Shown here: positions 40,977-50,291 of the stretch, one piece after another
How the letters are laid out: every line of letters starts with the position of its first letter
How positions within the stretch are numbered: position 1 is the stretch's first letter
DNA from: Longimicrobiales bacterium
GTDB lineage: Bacteria > Gemmatimonadota > Gemmatimonadetes > Longimicrobiales > Gaopeijiaceae
Reading direction: 5' to 3'
DNA: 64,000 bases
Assembly: GCA_965238005.1 (NCBI GenBank)
Contig: OZ250165.1
Location: 3,520,001 to 3,584,000, forward strand
Program-made: the position numbers and the translations under genes
Notes under the pieces: generated by a model
Seen by the model: only the letters and a program-made list of their open reading frames with translations
Database searches by the model: none
What the model was told of the DNA's origin: nothing

Positions 40977-42491
40977 ATGCAGAAGGTCGGCCTGATCCTT
41001 GGTCCGGCTCTGTTCCTCGTCACGACCCTGTTCGATCTCGACCCGGGGAATCCGGCGGTCACGCGCATGGCTGGCGTGGCCCTCCTCATGGCCACCTGGT
41101 GGATCACGGAGGCGATCCCGCTCTTCGCGACCGCGCTTCTTCCCCTGGTGCTTTTTCCCCTCCTGGGGATCGAACGGGGAGGTGTGACCGCGCCCATCTA
41201 CTTCAACAGCATCATCGTGTTGTTCTTGGGCGGTTTCATGATCGCCTTGACCATGGAGAAGTGGAATCTGCACCGCCGGATCGCCCTCAAGATCATCCGG
41301 ACGATCGGGGGAGGCCCGGCCCGGATCGTACTGGGCTTCATGGTGGCGGCGGCGTTCCTGTCGATGTGGATCTCCAATACCGCCACGGCGATCATGATGG
41401 TGCCCATCGGGCTCGCCATCATCCTGGAGCTGGAAGAGGACTTCGGGGCCGAGGACACGCACGCCTTCTCGGTGGGGGTCATGCTCGGCATTGGGTACGC
41501 GTGCTCAGTCGGCGGCATCGCGACCCTTGTGGGGACGCCGCCCAACCTGTCCTTCGCGCGGATCTACCAGATCACCTTCCCCGACGCGCCGGCCATCTCG
41601 TTCGGCCGGTGGATCCTTCTGGGCTTCCCTATCTCGGTGACGATGCTGGCGATCGCCTGGCTCCTCATCACGAAGGTCTTCTTCCGGGTGCCCGAACACG
41701 TCACGGTGGATCGGGTGGTGGTGGACAATCAGGCTGCAGCGCTGGGACCCGTGACCTACGAGGAGAAGGCGGTTCTCGTGGTGTTCGCGCTCACTGCGTT
41801 CCTCTGGGTGTTCAGGCTTCCCATCCAGCTCGGGTTCATCACGATACCGGGATGGTCCCAGCTACTTCCCTTCCCGAGTCTCATCGACGACGGGACTGTA
41901 GCCATCACCATGGCGACCGTCCTGTTTCTGATCCCGAGCCGGACTCCTAGCGCCGCCTACCCGACCCTCGCTGGCAAGGACCTCATCCCCCGGCTGCCCT
42001 GGAACGTCGTGCTCCTCTTGGGGGGAGGCTTCGCCCTGGCCTACGGGTTTCAGGCCACGGGCCTCTCGACGCTCATCGGGAGCCAGTTTGCCGGGCTCGC
42101 CGGGGTGTCACCGTTCGTTCTGATTGTCGTCGTCTGCTTGACCCTGACGTTCTTGACGGAGCTGACCTCCAATACGGCCACCACCGAGATGATCCTCCCC
42201 ATCCTGGCCTCGGTAGCCGTCGCCACGAACGTCCACCCTTTGATGCTGATGATCCCTGCCACCCTGTCGGCGTCCTGCGCGTTCATGATGCCCGTGGCGA
42301 CTCCGCCCAACGCCATCATCTTCGGGAGTAATCGGGTACGGATCCCCGAGATGGCGCGCATCGGACTGGTGCTGAACCTCATCGGCGTCCTGGTGATCTC
42401 ACTGGTGTTCCTCCTCCTGGGGACCGCGGTCTTCGGGATCGACTTCGGGGTCATGCCCGAGTGGGCCACGTTCGAGGGGACGGGGCAGTAG
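40977..42491 (+). CDS. SLC13/DASS sodium:dicarboxylate/sulfate symporter
   Basis: WITEAIP, SMWISNTAT, GTPPN, TELTSNTAT, MPVATPPNAI. Confidence 0.93.
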   Translation: MQKVGLILGPALFLVTTLFDLDPGNPAVTRMAGVALLMATWWITEAIPLFATALLPLVLFPLLGIERGGVTAPIYFNSIIVLFLGGFMIALTMEKWNLHRRIALKIIRTIGGGPARIVLGFMVAAAFLSMWISNTATAIMMVPIGLAIILELEEDFGAEDTHAFSVGVMLGIGYACSVGGIATLVGTPPNLSFARIYQITFPDAPAISFGRWILLGFPISVTMLAIAWLLITKVFFRVPEHVTVDRVVVDNQAAALGPVTYEEKAVLVVFALTAFLWVFRLPIQLGFITIPGWSQLLPFPSLIDDGTVAITMATVLFLIPSRTPSAAYPTLAGKDLIPRLPWNVVLLLGGGFALAYGFQATGLSTLIGSQFAGLAGVSPFVLIVVVCLTLTFLTELTSNTATTEMILPILASVAVATNVHPLMLMIPATLSASCAFMMPVATPPNAIIFGSNRVRIPEMARIGLVLNLIGVLVISLVFLLLGTAVFGIDFGVMPEWATFEGTGQ

Positions 42492-42713
42492 GAAGTCCTG
42501 GGGCTCCACCGCCCGAACCCACTCCGGTGCTGCACGGGCTGAAGTGGGATGCGTCCCACCGATACCACACCCACCATCATCCCGAGTGCCAGCGGCATGC
42601 GCTTCATAATATCCTCCAAGGCAGCGTGACCGTCTGCCTGAAGGGTGCGCCTCAGGGCGTACGGCCCTGATCGGGAAAGTTACGTAACGGAGCGTGGGGA
42701 GTACGTAACAGGG

Positions 42714-44996
42714 CTACCGTGGCCAGCCCGGCACCATCACGGGTGCCGTCACCGGCCCCCCCGCCGCCACCCCCACCTGGCCCGACGCGTTGAGCCCCCA
42801 GCAATAGATCTCGCCGAGACCGTTGAGGCCGCAGGTGTGATCTCCGATGCCGGGCAGGAGAAGCGAGATGCCGAACTGGGTGGGAAGCAGGAACGGGATG
42901 GACTGGTTGACCATGGAGCCGATCCCCAGCTCGCCGGAGGCGTTAAGGCCCCAGCAGTATGTAAGCCCTCCTACGACGCCACATGTGTGCCCGCCCCCAG
43001 CGGTGATGCTCGTGAAGGTGTGGCCGCCCAGGACGAGCGTCGGCGTCGGATTGGCTTGAGGCACTGCGCCCCCCGCCCCGAGGGATCCGCTGACGTCCTC
43101 GCCCCAGCAGTAGCCCGCGCCGGCCTGGGTGACTCCGCAGCTGTAGCCGGCCCCTGCGGAAACGTGGGAGAAAAGGAGCCCACCCGCGACCGCAACAGGC
43201 ACCGTGCGGGTGACCTGAGTTCCGATTCCGAGCTGTCCCTGGTCGTTGAGGCCCCAGCAGTACGCGATTCCGGCGAGGGTCACAGCACACGTGTGGTCCC
43301 TGCCAGCGCTGACCTCCTGGAACGGCAGACCCACCACCGTCGAAGGCGTCACGGCGTCGGTCGAGGTGGCGTTGCCCAGCTGGCCACTGCTCCCCTCACC
43401 CCAGCAATATGCTGCACCGGTTCCGTCCAGCGCACACGTATGAGACGCTCCGGTACTGATCTGGACGAAGTGGAGGTTGCCGCTCACCTTCGTCGGCGTT
43501 GATCGGCTGACGTTGGTACCGTCGCCGAGCTGACCACTGCTGTTAAGGCCCCAACAGTAGGCTTCCCCATTGATGGTGACACCACAAGCGTGCCCGCCAC
43601 CGGCAGAGACCCGGAGAAGGGTGACCCCGCCAAGGAGCACCGGCGTCGGGCCGGGGGGGACCAGTGCGTTGAGGCTGTTCCCCCAGCAATACCAGAACCC
43701 GTCGGAGGTGGCACGGGCACAGTTGTAGTCATCGCCCACCGTGAGCGCCGCGCCCAGGCCGACCTGAATGAACGCTTCGGCCGTGAAGGTCACGCTCGCC
43801 ACCCCCGTCGTCGATACGGTAACGGTCGTCGTGCCGGCCGCGGCGGGCAGGGTGAGAACGACGCTGGCCAGCCCTTGACTGTCCGTCCCAACCGATATCG
43901 GGCTGACGGAGCCGGAGCTCGCCGCGAACGTCACCAGGACAGCCGGCACCGGGTTGCCTGAAGCATCCTCGACTTTAGCGACGAACGGCACCGGCAGAGC
44001 CGAAGCGGCGACCCCCACCTGTCCATCGCCCGATACCTTCTGGAGGACCGCCGGAGCGCCAGCGAGTGACGTGGCGGTAAACGTCTCGCTCAGCCCCAGA
44101 TCTGGGACCGAGGCCGTGACCGTGACCGGCCCTACGGTGGCTGGAAACGTGAGGGCCGTACTCGCGAGCCCATCTTCGTCGGTGACGGAGGCCGCCGGGC
44201 TCACGGATCCGACGCTCGTGGAGAACTCCACGGTCACACCCAGGGACGGATTCTCCAACGCGTCCACCAGCTTGACGACGAGCGGGAGCGCCAGAGTGGT
44301 GAGAACGACCCCGGCTTGCCCATCACCCGCGATCTTAATGATGCTGACCGCCGGCCCGGCAACCCCCGTCGCGGAGAACTCCACCGAGAACTGCGCAAAG
44401 GCCACCCTCATGCGTTGGGACCCCAAGAGAACGCCAAGAGTCCATTGCGCGCTGGCACGCCCGTCCTGCCCGGTCGAGGAGCCACCTTCGACCGAGCCTC
44501 CTCCCCCCGTAACGGAGAACTGAATCATCCGGTTCCGCACCGGGCCGCCCATGGCGTCCGTCAGTAAGACCTCGGGCCGCACCGGAAGCGCTTGACCCAC
44601 GACACCGGTCTGGCTGTCGCCCCCCACCTTCTCGAGGGCAGCGGGTTGCTGCTGCACCTGGAGTAGGGCGGCTCCACTCGCCGAGCCGGCCGTCGCTGTG
44701 ATCACACTGGTCCCCTCGCCTCGGGCCGTGATGAGGCCGGAGCTGCTCACCTCGGCCACGGGGAGGTTACTCGAGGACCAGGTGACGGACTGTCCGGCGA
44801 GTACGTTCCCGTTCTGGTCGCGCACCTCTGCGAGGGCTTGGGTCGTCTCGCCCACTGAGGCGAGGATGACCTTGGACAAGATGACAATCAGAGACGTGGG
44901 AACCAGGGGATCCACTCCCCCACCTCCGCCGTCTCCCTTGCAGCCCGTCATCAGCAGGAGAAGCCCTATTGCGACGGCCTTGTTGGTACGTGTCAT
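42714..44996 (-). CDS. lipoprotein with bacterial Ig-like domains and C-terminal RCC1 repeats
   Basis: MTGC lipobox; VTWSSSN..VA.V (Big_2); GDGQ.G repeats; multiple H.C......AYCWG.N..GQLG. Confidence 0.88.
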   Translation of the reverse strand: MTRTNKAVAIGLLLLMTGCKGDGGGGGVDPLVPTSLIVILSKVILASVGETTQALAEVRDQNGNVLAGQSVTWSSSNLPVAEVSSSGLITARGEGTSVITATAGSASGAALLQVQQQPAALEKVGGDSQTGVVGQALPVRPEVLLTDAMGGPVRNRMIQFSVTGGGGSVEGGSSTGQDGRASAQWTLGVLLGSQRMRVAFAQFSVEFSATGVAGPAVSIIKIAGDGQAGVVLTTLALPLVVKLVDALENPSLGVTVEFSTSVGSVSPAASVTDEDGLASTALTFPATVGPVTVTASVPDLGLSETFTATSLAGAPAVLQKVSGDGQVGVAASALPVPFVAKVEDASGNPVPAVLVTFAASSGSVSPISVGTDSQGLASVVLTLPAAAGTTTVTVSTTGVASVTFTAEAFIQVGLGAALTVGDDYNCARATSDGFWYCWGNSLNALVPPGPTPVLLGGVTLLRVSAGGGHACGVTINGEAYCWGLNSSGQLGDGTNVSRSTPTKVSGNLHFVQISTGASHTCALDGTGAAYCWGEGSSGQLGNATSTDAVTPSTVVGLPFQEVSAGRDHTCAVTLAGIAYCWGLNDQGQLGIGTQVTRTVPVAVAGGLLFSHVSAGAGYSCGVTQAGAGYCWGEDVSGSLGAGGAVPQANPTPTLVLGGHTFTSITAGGGHTCGVVGGLTYCWGLNASGELGIGSMVNQSIPFLLPTQFGISLLLPGIGDHTCGLNGLGEIYCWGLNASGQVGVAAGGPVTAPVMVPGWPR

Positions 44997-45121
44997 CCGC
45001 TGACCTCGTTGCAGGATCGTGCGGCGAGCCCAGGCCAAGCTACCTTCGTTCTAGTGGCGGTCGAAAGCGTTTCGTCGCATGTCCACCCGTATCGACATCA
45101 AGTCGAGGGGGCAAATCATCC

Positions 45122-45850
45122 ATGAGACGTGTCATCCGCCTCTCCATACTGGCGGTCGGGATCGCTGGAGTGGGACTCTACATCCTGACCCGCGACGGCT
45201 GTGGCCGGAGCGGCGCCACGGCCTGTCCGGACGCCCATCTGATGAACGGTCTCGGGACGGTGGTGGCCCGGAGCGACGCGTGCGCCGGTGCGGGCTATCT
45301 CTGCGTCGGTGACGAGAGGGCCGAATTCCAGGTCATGCGCTGGGCTCTGTCCAAGGGACACCTGAGGGTGCGCGTGCCCTTACCCGACATCCCGTCCAAG
45401 GCCGACGCCCGCCGCCTCCGTGCTGCCGCCGTGGTGGGGATCCGCATGTGGGATGGTCATCCCTTCCCCCTCTCGATCGACACCAGTCCCATCCCTTGGA
45501 GGCTATGGGACATCGAGCTCTTCTGGGTTCGTCTACCGGAGTTCAGAGGCGGCTCCGTCGGTCTCGCCCGGGCCGAGTGGCGCGTGAGGAACGGTAAACC
45601 ACAGTTCTCCGTCGAGAACATCTCGGCGGTCACGCAGGACTACCGGAATCCGGGGCAGCACGCCCCTTCGGAGGTCGTCGCGGCCGTGGCGGCTCACGAG
45701 ATGGGACACGCACTGGGCATCCTTCACCACAGCGACCGCGCCTCGGACATCCTCTATCCCTCGGACGAAGGGTCCCAGCGGGTCTCAGCCAGGGACATCG
45801 ATACCGTGGAGGCGCTCTACCGGCTGCCGAACGGAGCCCTGGTCCGGTGA
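45122..45850 (+). CDS. matrixin-like zinc metalloprotease
   Basis: HEMGHALGILHHS..SDILYP...S.RD..T...LY; N-terminal anchor. Confidence 0.85.
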   Translation: MRRVIRLSILAVGIAGVGLYILTRDGCGRSGATACPDAHLMNGLGTVVARSDACAGAGYLCVGDERAEFQVMRWALSKGHLRVRVPLPDIPSKADARRLRAAAVVGIRMWDGHPFPLSIDTSPIPWRLWDIELFWVRLPEFRGGSVGLARAEWRVRNGKPQFSVENISAVTQDYRNPGQHAPSEVVAAVAAHEMGHALGILHHSDRASDILYPSDEGSQRVSARDIDTVEALYRLPNGALVR

Positions 45851-45864
45851 CGGGCGTCACCATA

Positions 45865-45917
45865 CGAGTTGCTCTTCAGAGAGCATACGTATCTTTATAT
45901 CGTGAGTATACGTACGA
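45865..45917 (+). repeat. dispersed 54-bp AT-rich element, copy 2
   Basis: matches 24810-24863. Confidence 0.85.
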
Positions 45918-45998
45918 GGCCGTGCAGGGGGCGTTAACAGCAGACCCCCCAGCGCCCTCTGAGCGGCGGGGGGGGCCGTCTCGGTCGGCCCGACGGGA

Positions 45999-47255
45999 TC
46001 AGCGATGCAAGCGCAACTCCCGGAAGTCGTCCCACTCCACGCGATGTGTGCTTCCATCCTCAGAGCGGATGGTGATGCCCCGGTTCCCCGGATTCACGTC
46101 GTTGGTGCCGGACAGTTGGAAGGTGCGACCGTCCACAAGCTCCACAGCGGCGCTGTAGCCCCGCTTCGCGATGGAAGCGATCTGGCTGAACTCGACGGTG
46201 AAATCGATGCCTTTGTAGTCGCCGTCCAACATCTCCCAGGTGTATTCCTCATCGTTGTCCCACCGGATGTCACCCATAAGCTCCTCACCCGACTCGGTGA
46301 CCACGGTGCCACGGATGGGGCGGCCACCGTCGAACTCCTCGTACGTGGTCTGGACCGGAGCCTTGCGGAAGTGCACCTCGGAGAAGTCCTTCCAGCCGAC
46401 CTTGACCTGACCCAGCGTCGGGTCGGAAACTGAGATTCCGCGGTTCGTCCGTCCGACGTCGTTTGTCCCCCTGAGGACCATCTCCTCGCCACTCTCCACG
46501 ACCACACGGGCCGCTCGGGAGCTCTCGCGCCGGATGGAGATGACGTCGCTGAAGGCGATCTCCCGGTCGACCCCGTCTTGATCCTCACCGTCGAGGATGT
46601 CGGTGGTGAAGATCTCGTCCACGTCCCAGGTCACGTAGCCGGTGAACTCGAGTCCGGCCCGTGTGACCAGGGTCCCGTAGAGCCGCTCGCCCCACGGGAT
46701 GATCCCGTCGGGGGCGGCCATGAACTCCACGGCCTCTAAGTCGCGCCACTTCAGCTCGGCAACGCCCTGCCGCGGATCGTCAACGACGAGGGCACGCAGT
46801 CCCCGGCCCAGATCCGTGCGTCGGCCTCCAAGCTCCTGCTGCTGCCCCGACTTGAGCGTGAACAGGGCCTCGTGCGAGTTCAGAACGTCGATGCGCCGGA
46901 CGTGACCGAAGCGGATTCCCGAAAGCGTAGAGCGACGGCCCTTCCAGTCGACGTCCAGCAGATCGGCCCAACTCCCCTCGTTCCGATCCCAGCGGATGTA
47001 GCCCTCGAATTCGTCCCCCGACCTGGTGACGACGTTTCCGTAGAGACGGCCGTCGAGGGCCGGTCCCTCCGACCGCTCGACCAGCGGGGCCGGAGCCACC
47101 GTGGGCACGTCGACCGGAAGGGTGACGGTGTAGGTCCGGTGCTGGTGGGGCGCAGCATTGTCCAAGAGAGCCATGGTGCAGGCAAGGCTGAGAACTCCTG
47201 CGCCGGCGACGACCGACAGATTCTTGGCGTCTTCTTTGCGCGTCGGCTCTTTCAT
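45999..47255 (-). CDS. hypothetical exported protein with three ~110-aa internal repeats
   Basis: three copies of G.V.T.SG....G.I.WD..E.....LD....GT.D.....RG. Confidence 0.75.
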   Translation of the reverse strand: MKEPTRKEDAKNLSVVAGAGVLSLACTMALLDNAAPHQHRTYTVTLPVDVPTVAPAPLVERSEGPALDGRLYGNVVTRSGDEFEGYIRWDRNEGSWADLLDVDWKGRRSTLSGIRFGHVRRIDVLNSHEALFTLKSGQQQELGGRRTDLGRGLRALVVDDPRQGVAELKWRDLEAVEFMAAPDGIIPWGERLYGTLVTRAGLEFTGYVTWDVDEIFTTDILDGEDQDGVDREIAFSDVISIRRESSRAARVVVESGEEMVLRGTNDVGRTNRGISVSDPTLGQVKVGWKDFSEVHFRKAPVQTTYEEFDGGRPIRGTVVTESGEELMGDIRWDNDEEYTWEMLDGDYKGIDFTVEFSQIASIAKRGYSAAVELVDGRTFQLSGTNDVNPGNRGITIRSEDGSTHRVEWDDFRELRLHR

Positions 47256-47395
47256 CTTGTCCCCCCATCCAGGACCTCGAGACTCTACTGCAGATCAATA
47301 TCGTACTGGCCCACGGCGAGCGAGTTCCCCGACCGTCTTGCCCCGACCCCACCCAGGCGGCACCGGCTCACGGTCGCCCTTCGCCAGTCCGGGAG

Positions 47396-47435
47396 TCGGG
47401 AGATTCCCTACACCGGTTTCGGGACATCCCCTGCA
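47396..47435 (+). promoter_or_regulatory. tandem operator-like repeats
   Basis: TCGGGAGATTCCCTACA and TCGGGACATCCCCTGCA, 23 bp apart, each quasi-palindromic. Confidence 0.5.
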
Positions 47436-47514
47436 TCATAGAAGCAGAGTGGAAGCCGTCGTAAGAGACAAGCCTGTGTTCGCGGACCCCCGAAGCCGGG
47501 AGGCGAGCCTCGAC

Positions 47515-47688
47515 ATGACTCCCATGGCCACAACGATCTTCTGTCCCGAGTGGAAGACCAGCGCGGAGGTGATTCTCGGGCTGACACGCACGGAAAGGGG
47601 CAATCGACTCGAGGCCCTCTCCTGTGACATGCTGCCGGACGGAGAGACCTGCGACGGCCTCTGCATGCGACCCGTGGTGGAAGCCTAG
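47515..47688 (+). CDS. 57-aa four-cysteine small protein
   Basis: GGGAGG RBS; CPE....A.V...C........C...C. Confidence 0.6.
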   Translation: MTPMATTIFCPEWKTSAEVILGLTRTERGNRLEALSCDMLPDGETCDGLCMRPVVEA

Positions 47689-47708
47689 CCGCCTTTGGAC
47701 CCGTCGGG

Positions 47709-48197
47709 TCAGGCGGGCGGCACGTCTCCAGGCTCCGGCATATTCGCCAGGTGCAGGTATCCGACCAGGAGGATCGCGGCAAAGAGGTTCACCGCCACCA
47801 CCGTACCCGGTCCCACGGACTCCAGCGCAACGACCGAGCTTGACACGGCAACGGTTCCGTAGAACGCTGCGGTGCATAAGGCCGCCACGGCGAGAAGTCG
47901 CTTGAGGCCGGCCAGGTGCTTCCAGTCGAAGAGAAGGCTCGCCAGGACCCCCACCAGGGCGAAGGCCAGGAAGTGCAGGACGGTGAAGGTCGCGATCCGG
48001 TAAGCCGTCGACAGGCCGGCGACGAGACCCGACATGCTGGTGAGATCCAGCTCGAAGCCGGCGGGGCCCAAGACGGCTCCCGGCGTCGCCAGGGGCTGGA
48101 ACCGTATCAGATCGAGAACGAAGAAGGAGAGGGCTATCCCTCCGGCGGCGATGGCCCCGGCCTGGGCCCCCCTGACTGCACGGTCGTATTTGCCCAT
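47709..48197 (-). CDS. hypothetical membrane protein (4 TM)
   Basis: AGGGAG RBS; four hydrophobic segments; FTVLHF motif. Confidence 0.7.
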   Translation of the reverse strand: MGKYDRAVRGAQAGAIAAGGIALSFFVLDLIRFQPLATPGAVLGPAGFELDLTSMSGLVAGLSTAYRIATFTVLHFLAFALVGVLASLLFDWKHLAGLKRLLAVAALCTAAFYGTVAVSSSVVALESVGPGTVVAVNLFAAILLVGYLHLANMPEPGDVPPA

Positions 48198-48352
48198 GGT
48201 TCGGCTCCCTGGAGCGTGTCGATCACCCCTGCCCCACCGATCCGTTACCCAACGTGGGCCTATCTGCTCTCCATCGCAACCACGGACCTCGTATCACGTC
48301 GTGGAGAAGCATCACCGTGGTCCGCACGCCGTCGTGAGAGCTGTCAGGCAGT

Positions 48353-48655
48353 CTAGAACACGACGACTTGGTGATGCTCCACGTGCGGGGGTCGGTCGAT
48401 GAGGTAGCGATCGTCCTCGGGGTAGTAGACCGCCACTTCGGGCTCGTCCCCGGCAAACCGGCGGATGGCCTCCAGGTCGTCCCAAAGGGATATGACGGTC
48501 ACCTCCACGCCCCCGTCCACCGGGCGTTGCAGGACCATGGATCCGAGATTCCCGGCGGTGCTACGCTGCGTCGCGACTCCGGTTGCCCTTACATACTCCG
48601 CTTACGTGTCGGAGTCCGAAGCGCGGGTCGTTCCCCGCCAAACACGAGCGATCAT
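48353..48655 (-). pseudogene. ABM-like protein with premature TAA
   Basis: MIARVWRG...DT*AEYV..TG...WDDLEAIRRFAG.EPE.AVYYPED; stop at 48602-48604. Confidence 0.8.
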
Positions 48656-48698
48656 TCCACCCTCCTTGTCATTCACGCCGAGGGGATCCAACTAGACG

Positions 48699-49910
48699 TT
48701 AGACCCACCCACCGGTCACCTCGAGCAGCCGGTCGATCTCTTCATCGGTGTTGAAGAGCGCGATCCCCGCTCGAAGTTGGGCGCCCTCCTCCCTCACGCT
48801 CACCGTGATCGCGGCCTCCCGTAGCGTTCGGCGGACCATATCAAGGTCGCGTCCATGCTCGAAAGTGACGATGGCCGACCGGTTGCCGGACGGCGTCAAG
48901 ACGTCGTGGCCCTGGGCCCGGAGTCCCTCGTTCAGACGGTTGGCCAGCGCCACGGTGTGCCGCTCGATGTTGTGGACGCCCACCCGGAGCAGGTAGTCAA
49001 GGGCAGCGCTCAATTGGAAGACGGCCCCGAAGGACATGGTGGCGTACCCGTATTTCTTCGCGTCTTGGTGGAGCCGGTAGCGGTGTTCCCCGAGATCCTC
49101 GGCGGTCTGGAGCGAGCCGAAGCGATCGACCGTCACCACGTCCAGGAGCTCTTCCCGAACGTAGAAGGGTGCCACACCGAAGCCCCCGAGTAGCCACTTG
49201 TAGGTGCCCGTAGCGAAGAAGTCGATGCCGGTGTCCCTCACGTCCAGATCCAGCATGCCGACCCCCTGGATGGCGTCCGCGTAGAGATACGCGCCCTGGT
49301 CGTGGGCGATCCGGGCGAGGGCGGTGAGGTCGTGGCGGTATCCGTTTTGGTGAGAGATCCACGAGACCGATACGAGCTTCGTGCGTCCGTCCACCTGCTC
49401 CGCGAACGCCTCCGGTGGAGCGGCCCCACCACGATTCCGCACCGTCCGGACCTCGATTCCCTGGGTTTCCTGGAGGTGCTGGTACAGGATGTACGTCGTG
49501 TCGTAGTGGAGATCGTCGATGACGACATTGTCGCCGGGGCGCAGGTCGAGGGCGCGGGTCACGATGTTCTCTCCATCGCTGGTCGCGAACAGGACGCCGA
49601 TCTCCGGCTCCGTGGCGCCGACGAGCTCGGCGAACTTCCGCCGCATGGCGTTGGTCTCCAGGAGCATGCCCCCGAGGCTCACCGGATCGCGGGCCTTCCG
49701 ATCCGCGAAGGCCTGGGCGGCTTCCACCGCCTGGCGCGGAGATGGCGTGATGTAGGCCGAGTTCAGGTAGATCCCCTCCTCCACGACGGGGAAGTCCTCC
49801 CGCACGCCCAAGGGGTCCTGCTGTAGAGCTGCGACGGTGCCGGGCTTGAGCCCGCTGACCGCGGCGGCGGCGGAAACGCTACCGATGAAGTCGCGACGCG
49901 TGAGATCCAC
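48699..49910 (-). CDS. class V PLP aminotransferase, Tat signal
   Basis: TRRDFI; YLNSA; ADAIQ; GTYKWLLG. Confidence 0.88.
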   Translation of the reverse strand: MDLTRRDFIGSVSAAAAVSGLKPGTVAALQQDPLGVREDFPVVEEGIYLNSAYITPSPRQAVEAAQAFADRKARDPVSLGGMLLETNAMRRKFAELVGATEPEIGVLFATSDGENIVTRALDLRPGDNVVIDDLHYDTTYILYQHLQETQGIEVRTVRNRGGAAPPEAFAEQVDGRTKLVSVSWISHQNGYRHDLTALARIAHDQGAYLYADAIQGVGMLDLDVRDTGIDFFATGTYKWLLGGFGVAPFYVREELLDVVTVDRFGSLQTAEDLGEHRYRLHQDAKKYGYATMSFGAVFQLSAALDYLLRVGVHNIERHTVALANRLNEGLRAQGHDVLTPSGNRSAIVTFEHGRDLDMVRRTLREAAITVSVREEGAQLRAGIALFNTDEEIDRLLEVTGGWV

Positions 49911-50001
49911 TTTGCTCCCTCCAGGATGTGGCCGAATACGGTGATCATAGTGCGGCGCGGCCCGGGGGCAACGTGAGCGGGACGCGTTCACCCGCCGAAG
50001 A

Positions 50002-50230
50002 TCAGAGGACCCTGAGCCGCCTCGAGTACTTCACGATGAACGAGCGCGTCATGGGTCCGGTGAGACTCGCCAGCCCATGAGACTCCTGGGTCTCGTTGTA
50101 GACGACGTACAGGCCCGTGCCCGCCGTATCCAACACGCCGAAGCGGGCGTTGACCAACCAGACGTCGGCCTGATCCGAGTATTGGAGCAGGGTCTGGAGG
50201 AAGATCCGTATTGCCGGGCAGGGGCGAACC
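50002..50230 (-). pseudogene. 3' fragment of an outer-membrane DUF5916-like gene
   Basis: LQY......NARF....AGTGLYVVYNE....RSFIVKYS C-terminal barrel motif only. Confidence 0.55.
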
Positions 50231-50291
50231 CGGAGCTGGACGGCGGCCCGGCGCCCGGGCCGCGGCCCACAGTCCATCAGGAGAGGATGGA

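Noticed and set aside
48602..48604. In-frame stop as possible recoding (Sec/Pyl)
   Set aside because: The codon is TAA at a probable Tyr position; a simple nonsense mutation
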